A stretch of 64,000 nt of DNA from Thecamonas trahens ATCC 50062. Taxonomy: Eukaryota; Protista; Apusomonadida. This document shows, piece after piece, positions 53,696 through 62,500 of the stretch. The translations under genes and the position numbers were made by a program. Position 1 is the stretch's first letter. Every line of letters begins with the position of its first letter. The DNA lies in assembly GCF_000142905.1 (NCBI RefSeq), contig NW_013657647.1, forward strand, positions 124,001 to 188,000, read 5' to 3'. The notes under the pieces were generated by a model. It saw only the letters and a list, made by a program, of their open reading frames with translations, searched no databases and was not told the origin of the DNA.

Positions 53696-54388
53696 ATGTA
53701 TGCCTTTGGTCAACGAGTGCCAGAGGCAATGGCGAGCTGCTGGCCAACCACCACAGCCGCGAGAGAGCGACAAACAAACAAAATGACTCACAAACCACCA
53801 CCACAAGGGGAGACAGCCAAGCCAGGGAGGAGGTGGTGGTGGACGTAGGTGGGAGAGACCAGGCGCAGAAAAAGTAGAAGGGGATGAAGGGGGGAGGGAG
53901 GGAGGGAGGGAGGGAGGGGGAGGGGGAAGTGGGGGGGGGGGGGGGGAGAGAGGGGGAATGGGGAAGGGGGAGGACGTACCGGCGTGCGCGGGAGGAAGCC
54001 TTGCCAGACTGGAGGTAGGGGGGGAGGGGGAGGAGGGGGGAGGGGTGAGTGGTTGGGACGGTGGAGGGGGGGGGGAGGGAGGGGGGGTTAAGGGGTGTAT
54101 GGGAGAGTATGTGTATGCGTATGCGTACCATTGTTGTGTGAGAGTGAGGTACGTGGGAGGGTTGGGCTTGGTGGTGGGTGGTGGTGGTTGACTCACAGGT
54201 CAATGGTGGGTGAGGGAGGGTGCGACCGAGTGTCTTGACAATGGTCGTTCATTCGTTTTCGGATGGTCCTCAGGCCGAGGGGGGGGTANNNNNNNNNNNN
54301 NNNNNNNNNNNNNNNNNNNNNNNNNNNNNNNNNNNNNNNNNNNNNNNNNNNNNNNNNNNNNNNNNNNNNNNNNNNNNNNNNNNNNNNN

Positions 54389-54545
54389 TAGGCAAAGAAT
54401 GACCCATCTTTCCCGGACGGGGGGTAATAGTGTGGGTCCCCGGAGGGGGGTAAAGGGGAGGGAGGTTTCCCGCCATTCCGGCCGCCTTTCCTGCCTGCCC
54501 CCCTGCCTCCCCGTTAACCTTCCCGCCACGCTCCGCCCCCCGCCC
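54389..54545 (+). repeat. Degraded copy of 18671-18825 at a gap edge
   Basis: taggcaaagaatgacccatc...ggggtaaaggggagggaggtttcccgccat...cctgcctgccc...taaccttcccgcca aligns colinearly with taggcaagaatgacgcatac...ggggtaaaggtgagtgaggtatcccgccat...cctgcctgccc...taaccttcccgcca. Confidence 0.85.
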
Positions 54546-54637
54546 CCCCCCCCCCCCCCCACCACCCCGCCAACCACAGGCAGACAGGCAGACAGTCAGA
54601 CGATCAACGTCACACTTGACTCCGACAACGACAACAC

Positions 54638-57034
54638 ATGGGAGTTCTTCAAACGGTTGTCATTCTCGTCGGAGTAGCTGCTGCTGCTGGGTACTTTGTC
54701 TTTGTCTCGGACTTGGTGGTGACAACTTGGTCGCCTGTAGTGGCTGGCTGTGAGCTGTCGCTGGAGCGGACAGCCCGTGGCAACTCAGTCATGTCTATCC
54801 ATGCTGACTCGGATCGATGTGCTGCTGTGGGGCAGGGATGGGCTCATGCTATGGATCGATTGGTTCAGATGTGCTTTGTTCGTATCCTCACCACCTCTCG
54901 CTTTGGGGAGGTCTTTATGGGTGATGAGCCCAAGGTGATGGCCATCGATGCAGCCATCGCCGCTATGCGTCTGCCCGAGGTGGCCGAGGAGGCCTACACC
55001 GTGCTAGACGAGCATTCCAAGGAAATGCTCGAGGCTTATGCTCATGGCGTCAACGCGTACATTGCCGATCATTGGCGACCTTTTGAGTTGGCTCTCGTCG
55101 GCTACGATCCCGAGCCGTGGACTCCGCAAGACACGCTCATGACCCTTAACCTCATGTCGGTGGTCGATCTCGCAGACGCCCAGTTGATGATGGAGAAGTT
55201 TGTTGTTCAGGCAGTGGCGGGCGGCGCTCCTCTGGCGCCGCTGCACGCGCTTCTTGGTCCGGCCGTCGCAGGTCTCGACGACGAGCTTGCTGCCGAGATC
55301 AAGGAGCTCATTCTGTACGACCTCCCTGTCCCTGACATCCTGTCCATGGTCGCCGGCGCGCCGGTCAAGGGGCTCGGCTCCAACAACTGGGTTGTTGACG
55401 GCTCGGTGACCGCGTCGGGCAAACCGATTATGAGCTCGGACCCGCACCTGCAGACTTCGCGCCTGCCGGCAGTGTGGTACGAGGTTGTCGTCTCGGTCCG
55501 CGGCGGCACGACCTGGGCCGGCATCGGCATGCCGGGCCTGCCGGGCCTAATTATGGGCCGTACTGACGCACTTGCCTTCTCATTCACCTATGGCTTTGCC
55601 GACCAGTTTGAGCTCGTCATCGAAGAGATTGTGGATGGCAAGTACCGTGCCGGCGCCGACAAGTGGCTTCCGCTCGCGGTGCGGACGGCGACACTGAAGC
55701 AGAAAGGTGGCAGCCCGGTGACGGCAACCTACTACTCGACGCGCAACGGCCTCCTCGAGTACGATCCGCTGGCGGCCCAGCCGCCAGCGGACGGCAAGTA
55801 CCTCGCGCGAGTTTGCTCAATCTCCGGAGCCGGCATTGCGCAGACCATTGCGGCAGCGCTCCGGGCCTCCGAGGCCCAGACAGTGGCCGAGGCTCAGGCG
55901 CTGCAGGCGCAGTTTGCGCCGTCGTTCAACTTTCTCACCGCCGACACTGCAGGCAACATCGGGTACCAGCAGTCTGGCGAGGCGTTTGCCGGTGGCCCGT
56001 CGTTTGTCCCGCGCAACGGCTGGAAGCTCGCGTCGCCGCTGGCGACTGCGGAACGGATGCCTGCGTCCGAGCTAGTGCGCGTCACCAACCCACCGAGTGG
56101 AATGATGGCAACGGCTAACAACGACGTGTGCGCCGACATGCCGGGCGGCGCCGGGCGGGAGCAGTGCATTGTCAACCTTCACATGGGCCCTGACCGCGCG
56201 TCGCGGATCATGGCCAAGCTCGCGCATGAGGCTGCCAAACACCCGCTCACCGCTGCGGACATGAAGGCTCTGCAGCAGGACATGTACTCGCCGTTCATGG
56301 CGGCGCTGCTTGATGGCTGGCTCGGCACTGAACTCGGCAAGCTCGCTGCCGCCGGCAACGTCGGCGCCCAGGCTCTTCTTGCCTGGGACCGCCGCTACAC
56401 GCCCGATTCGGCTGCAGCCTCGCTCTCTCACGACATCCTCCACGCTCTTCTCGACGCTACGTACTCTCTTGTGTTTGGCCACGAGGCGTGGCATCGTGTG
56501 GTCACCGAGACGCCGCTCTACGCCGACTTTGCACACCTGTTTAACGCTGCGCTACTCGATGTCTCGACCGACAAGCTTGGCGTCTTCTCGTCGCCTGACG
56601 CCAAGGCATCGGCGCTGGCTGCAGCCGCGGCTACCGTGCTTGCGCCTGTGGCCGAGCAGGATGCTTTGGCAACAGTCGAGGCGTGGGGCGACCGGATGGC
56701 GTTTACCCAGCTCAATATCTTCTTTGACGGCCACATGGCGTTCCTTGGCCTTAACAACGGGCCGATCCAGATGCGCGGCTCGCACGGTGTTGTAGTCCAG
56801 GGCGCGCTCACCACCATCAAGGGCCGCGCTTCCAACTGGTCGCAGTCCTGGCTCATGGTCACCGATCTGGCGTCGTCTTTCATGGAGACGCTCCTTCCAG
56901 GCGGTCCGTCTGGCCGTCGCTTTTCATGGCTCTACCTCACCGGCATCGACGACTGGATCAGTTACAACCACAAGACCATCGACGTCTTTTCAGCCTCATC
57001 CACCGCCGATGCCGCCGCCAAGACCGATCTGTAA
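54638..57034 (+). CDS. Penicillin acylase / acyl-homoserine-lactone acylase family Ntn hydrolase (peptidase S45)
   Basis: N-terminal hydrophobic anchor; GQGWAHAMDRLVQM, LEAYAHGVNAYI and PEPWTPQD (alpha chain); GSNNWVVDGSVTASGKPIMSSDPHL (beta-chain Ser nucleophile); ADTAGNIGYQ; ATANN. No introns. Confidence 0.93.
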   Translation: MGVLQTVVILVGVAAAAGYFVFVSDLVVTTWSPVVAGCELSLERTARGNSVMSIHADSDRCAAVGQGWAHAMDRLVQMCFVRILTTSRFGEVFMGDEPKVMAIDAAIAAMRLPEVAEEAYTVLDEHSKEMLEAYAHGVNAYIADHWRPFELALVGYDPEPWTPQDTLMTLNLMSVVDLADAQLMMEKFVVQAVAGGAPLAPLHALLGPAVAGLDDELAAEIKELILYDLPVPDILSMVAGAPVKGLGSNNWVVDGSVTASGKPIMSSDPHLQTSRLPAVWYEVVVSVRGGTTWAGIGMPGLPGLIMGRTDALAFSFTYGFADQFELVIEEIVDGKYRAGADKWLPLAVRTATLKQKGGSPVTATYYSTRNGLLEYDPLAAQPPADGKYLARVCSISGAGIAQTIAAALRASEAQTVAEAQALQAQFAPSFNFLTADTAGNIGYQQSGEAFAGGPSFVPRNGWKLASPLATAERMPASELVRVTNPPSGMMATANNDVCADMPGGAGREQCIVNLHMGPDRASRIMAKLAHEAAKHPLTAADMKALQQDMYSPFMAALLDGWLGTELGKLAAAGNVGAQALLAWDRRYTPDSAAASLSHDILHALLDATYSLVFGHEAWHRVVTETPLYADFAHLFNAALLDVSTDKLGVFSSPDAKASALAAAAATVLAPVAEQDALATVEAWGDRMAFTQLNIFFDGHMAFLGLNNGPIQMRGSHGVVVQGALTTIKGRASNWSQSWLMVTDLASSFMETLLPGGPSGRRFSWLYLTGIDDWISYNHKTIDVFSASSTADAAAKTDL

Positions 57035-57286
57035 CCACCCGTACACAAACACACACAGAGAGAGACACACACACAAGCGCGCGCACACGCACGCTATGTC
57101 AAACGCCTTGAGGGCGTAACCATCCACGCGATCACATCCAACAACAGTCGCCTTCCGCGAAGCACGCTCTTCGGGGACAACGAACGATCCCCCCCCCCCC
57201 CCCCCCCGCGGGCCCGCCCTCCCCGCCCCCCCACTCCGAGCACCTCCTTGGCCACACTCCACGCCCCAGCCATAGCGGACGAGGCC

Positions 57287-59522
57287 ATGCTGTCGTCCCC
57301 CCGAAGCGAGTGTTCCAAGCGCAACGCGGAAGGCCTCTTCTCAACAAGCGGAATGTAGTCCTGGGCATGGTCGCCCTCCTCGGCCTCTACCTGGTGAGCA
57401 ACCTGTACAGCTCGGGCGGTCTCGCTGGCACGGGTCGTGGGCAGAGCGGAAGCCACCTGGACAAGGATGCCCGCATTGTCATTCTCGGTGCTGGTGTGAC
57501 TGGTCTCGGTGCTGCCTACCGTCTCAATGAGCTCGGTCACCGTGACTGGGCCGTCTATGAGATGGCCGACAAGCCCGTTGGCCTCGCTCAGTCGGTTGTC
57601 GATGACCAGGGCTTCACCTGGGACATCGGTGTCCATGTCCTCTTCTCGCACTTTGGCTACTTTGACACGCTCCTCGGTAGGTGCCCTTCTCCCCCTCCCC
57701 TGGCGTCGCCATCTCCCCTCTGATTCCTCACTCACACCGATCCACAGACGCCCATCTGCCGGTCGACGAGTGGCAATACCACACTCGGTCGTCGCCGATC
57801 TACATGCGCGATCGGTTTGTGGGCTACCCACTGCAGAACAACGTGTGGCGGCTGCCGCCGGCCGATGCGGAAAAGTGCCTCGTCGGCTTGCTCGAGGTCC
57901 ACGACGATGCCGTGGGTGGCGTGACCAAGCCCAAGCCGCACACCTTTGCCGAGTGGGTCGATCAGTCGTTTGGCTCGGGCATCGCCGAGGTCTTTATGAC
58001 TCCGTACAACTTCAAGGTATGGGCCCATCCCACCACCGAGCTCAACCCGACGTGGGTGGGCGAGCGGGTGGCAACCATCGACTTTAAGCGCATTCTCTCC
58101 AACATGGTCAACGAGTTTGAGGACGTCCACTGGGGGCCCAACGCCCGGTTCCGCTACCCATCGCGTGGAGCAGGCAAGATCTGGGAGAATGTCTACCGCG
58201 GCCTCCCGCGATCGCGGTTTAACTTTGAGATGGAGGCTCTCGAGATCAACGTCGACGACCCGAACAACAAGTACGTGGCCTTTGCCGATGGGACCCGCGT
58301 CCCGTTCGACGCACTCATCTCGACCATTCCCATGGACAAGCTGCTCACTCGCATTGCCAACCGGCCGGACCTCGCCGCGTGGGGCTCAGAGAAAGGCGCG
58401 TTCAAGCGGCAGACCGTCAACCTGGTTGGGGTCGGGGTCGAAGGCATCACGCCCGCAGCGTGGAACTCCTCGCACTGGATCTACTTTCCCGAGGAGATCT
58501 ACCCGTTCTACCGCATCACGCTCCTCACCAACTTTTCGCCGTACATGGTGCCCAAGCCTGGCGAGCAGTACTCGGTCCTGGTCGAGGTCTCCGAGTCCAA
58601 GTACCGCAAGGTCGATCAGGCGACGCTCGTCGACGACGTCATCGCCGGCCTCAAGCACGCCGGCGTCATTCCGGACGGCGCGCCGATTGTCTCGCGCTGG
58701 CAGGAGCGGTTTGACTATGGCTACCCGGTGCCGTACGTCGAGCTCACCGAGCACGTTCTCCGTGCCAACGACGAGCTGCTCCAGCTCGGCATCTGGTCGC
58801 GCGGTCGCTTCGGCAACTGGCGATATGTGACGGGCAACCAGGACCACGTGTGCATGCAGGGCGTGCAGGCCGTGGACAACATCCTGTTTGGCGACTACGA
58901 GGAGATTGTGTACGAGCCCAACGTGGTCAACGGCAAGAAAGGCCAGCGCAAGATTCTTCCGCCCAAGATCAAGGACCATTGGGATGTGGTCATCCCAGGC
59001 TGTGCCTCCCATCTCGCCACCTGGCTCACACCGCTCCTCGACGACCTCGCCGCCGCTGACATCGTCCCGCGGGTCTTTGTCTACTCGTCGTGTGAGTCTG
59101 ACGACAGCCTGCCGGACACGGTCACTTCCAACTACGATATTCGGATGATGTCTGCCCCCGAGGCGTCATCCCGCACCGCCAACCTCGTCACCTACGCCTC
59201 GCACGTCCTCGCTAACTACGATGACCTCAACCCGATCACCTTCTTCCTGCCCGGCGCTGCAACTATGGGCGCCTCGCTCACCCACCCCTCGCCGCACGAC
59301 TTTGACATCACCTCGTCGTACGAGAACCGCGGCCACTTTATGTATCAGAAGGCCGATGGCGTCACCGACCCGCACTTCTGCACCTTCTTCGAGGCCCTCT
59401 ACGCTTTTGATGGCCTTGACTGCCCGACGGTCTTTGACTCGGCAGCCGCCTTCCACATCTCGCGCGGCACCCTCCTCCACCTCTTGCCGCAGGACTATCA
59501 GGACCTACTCAAGCACGCCTAA
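57287..59522 (+). CDS. Eukaryotic-type UDP-galactopyranose mutase homologue with an N-terminal signal/anchor and a C-terminal DUF3431-like domain; intron 57677-57747
   Basis: IVILGAGVTGLGAAYRL (FAD binding), GFTWDIGVHVLFSH, YPLQNN, FMTPYNFKVWA, WVGERVA, WGPNARFRYP, GYPVP, SRGRFGNWRY..GNQDH..MQGVQAVDNI. The GTAGGT..CACAG intron joins FDTLL-DAHLP in frame. Start is 57287 if one C is missing from the C6 run, otherwise 57367. Confidence 0.85.
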
Positions 59523-59539
59523 TGCTAAACAGCGCCGCT

Positions 59540-62500
59540 TTACTGCTTGCCTAGGCCAAGCCGGAACTTGTGCTTCTGCTTGACCTTCCCGTGTCCGCCG
59601 TCACCACCAGGAGCCGGTGCCGCCGGAAGAGCAGATCGCTCCTCTGCGCCAGGTGAAGGAAAGAAGCCCTCAGCAACCCAGGCCGCCACGTACGCATCGA
59701 CCAGCTGCTTCGATACCGGCGGACATCTTGCTGAAATCAACTCCTTCGAGTTCGGCACCTCAAACTTGGGATACAGCTCAGGCGGTGGCAGCTCACCGGC
59801 CAAGCCCGAGATGTCGCCCGACTCTTCAAAGAAGAGCAAGACAGGGAGAAGAACGCCATCGTCGCTCCGCCGCGCATGCTCCAGCAGCGTCCGGAACCAT
59901 CCGTCGTACGATGACGGGTACAACTTGTACTTGGCCCGCCGCAGCAGCTTCCACAGCCGCGTCAGCGGCATCGGACTTGGATTGAGAATGTGGAAGTCGC
60001 GCCCGAGCCCACGCCCAGAGAGCGCCAACTCGACCACGGCCTTGGACGCGTAATCCACGGGCGTAAAGTCGACGAGTGTCTCCAGCTCGGACGGCACAAA
60101 CTTGGTCTCTACACAGCCCTTGAGGACCCTCGTCAGCAGGTCATCATGCGAGCCAGCGCCTGTCTGCGAGTGGGGCGCAATACGTCCGAGCCGGTAGATC
60201 GAGGCCGGCACGCCGCGCTCGCAGCGCGCCAGTGCCACAATCTGCTCGCCAACCCACTTGGACTGCGAGTAGCCCGAGACCAACCGCTCCCACCGTGGGA
60301 ACACATCAGTTTCAGAAATAACCCGCGCATCAGTGTCCAGCGTCGAGAGCGTCGAGATAAAGTGGACCGGGGTGGCGGCATCGCCGCCGATCGCCCCAAA
60401 GCACGCCAGCCGCAGCACCTCCTGCGTCCCAATCACGTTTGGGCCCTTGAGAGCAGAGTACGGGTACACAAAGTTGACTCCCGCGCCGTTGTGAATGATG
60501 ACGTCAACAGACCGCGCGAGAACCGAGAACGCGTCCGATGTCAGCCCAAACATGTGCGGCCCGAGCTCGCCGACCACGACGCGCACCCGCTCGCCGTAGG
60601 TCGCCGCTGGAGGAGGCAGCCCAAACTTGGACGCGCCCACGTCAAGTCGCGCTCGCCCGCTTGCTTCATCACTTGCTCGGACCAGGCACTTGACCTCGGC
60701 CCGCGTGTTTGCCAACAGCTCGGCAAGAAGAAACGAGCCCACGAACCCGGTGGCGCCTGTAAGAAAGACCACCGGTGGCGCAAGGAACGATCCAGCGCCG
60801 CTTGCCCGCGGCACCTCGCCGGACGCCGGCGCGCAGATCTCCGACGGCAGCACAACCTCGCCCGCGAGGTCAATCTTGACCACGCTCTCGTCCGCTTCGG
60901 CCACGCCTGTGGCCCGCGCCACCACGTTGGCTAGCGCGCTCACCGTTGGCGCTTCAAACACCTCACGCATCCCGATCCGCACCCCCAGCCGCGCCTCGAT
61001 AATACCTACGAGCTGTGCTGCGAGCAGCGAGTACCCACCGAGCTCGAAAAAGTTGGCGTGGATGCCCACAGACGCCAGCCCGAGCACCTGAGCCCATGCC
61101 GCAGCCAGCTCAGCCTCAACTTCGGTCCGCGGTGGCGTGTGGTCCACCCCACTAGCGCCGACTCCCGCAGCATCCTCCGCTGTTGGTGCAGGCAGCGCTC
61201 GCACATCAACCTTGCCGTTGGCCGTCAGTGGAAGCGGCCCGCTCAGCACCACAATTGCCCGCGGCACCATGTACTCGGCGAGCTTAGCTGCTGCGTGAGT
61301 GTACAGTTCCTGACGCAGCAATTGCGTCGCCCGCTGCGGTGCCACATACGCCACAAGCATCTTCTCCGCTGCGCTTCCTGCCCCGCACGCCATCGCCACC
61401 ACAGCCGCGTCCGCAACTCCTGGTGCTTCCCGCAGCACCACCTCGATCTCGGCGAGCTCGATGCGGAAGCCGCGGATCTTGACCTGGGCGTCAATCCGGC
61501 CCAAGCACGCTAGCGACCCGTCGCCACGCCAACGCACCACATCACCTGTCGCATACATCCGTCCGTCACCATACAATCCGCTTGCAACCTTCAGCCCGAG
61601 GCTCTCGGCCACGCTGCGCCACCAACGATCGTCTTCAAACACCGACGCCGTCTTCTCTGGCAGGCCAAGGTAGCCGCGAGTCACACCGGCGCCTCCGACT
61701 AGAAGCTGTCCACGCATGCCGCGCCGCACCAGCGTTCCGCGCTCGTCAGTCACATACGCAAAAGTGTTCGCAATCGGCTTCCCGATCGGTGGCGGCCGCA
61801 CGTCACCGTGTACCCGCCCAACTGTGCACCCAACCGTGGTCTCGGTTGGGCCGTACATGTTGTACAAGGCCAGTTGGTCGCCGTACATCGCCTGCCATGC
61901 CTCTGGTAGCACCATCTTGAGCTTGTCACCGCCAGTGTTGATGACACGGAGCGCAAGTCCGGCTGGAGGTGGCTCTCGGAGCACAGCCTCGGTCATAGGC
62001 GTCGCCATTGCCTGCACCGTCACCTGCGCATCTACCCACCACTGCAGCAGCGCGCGCGGCTCGAGCCTAGAGCTCTCCGGTACGATGGCCACCTCCGCCC
62101 CACAGCAGAGTGCGGGCCAGATCTCACAAAAAACAGGATCAAACGACACGCCAAGCATATGGCCCGACACATCGCCGGGACCCATCTCGTAAGCCCGCAG
62201 CCACCACCCAATCATGTTGAGCAAGCACCCGTGTGGCACGCAAATACCCTTGGGCGTGCCAGACGTGCCCGAGGTGTAGATAACGTTGGCAACTGCAGAG
62301 GGGCCAGCTGGTGCCCGCACCAGCCGCGCGCTCGACACACCCAGCGACTCGCCGCCCCGCCCCAGTCGCGCGTCGTCGTCAAAGCTCAGCACATGCCGCT
62401 TGGTCCCCGGAGCCGGCGGACTCAGCTCGGGAAGCTCGCCACGGTACAGCACGCACACAGGCGCCGAGTTCTCCAGCATGAACGCGATGCGTCCATCCGG

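Noticed and set aside
52966-54203. ORFs in the 53-54 kb interval
   Set aside because: Made of simple repeats and purine/G tracts with no recognisable protein features.
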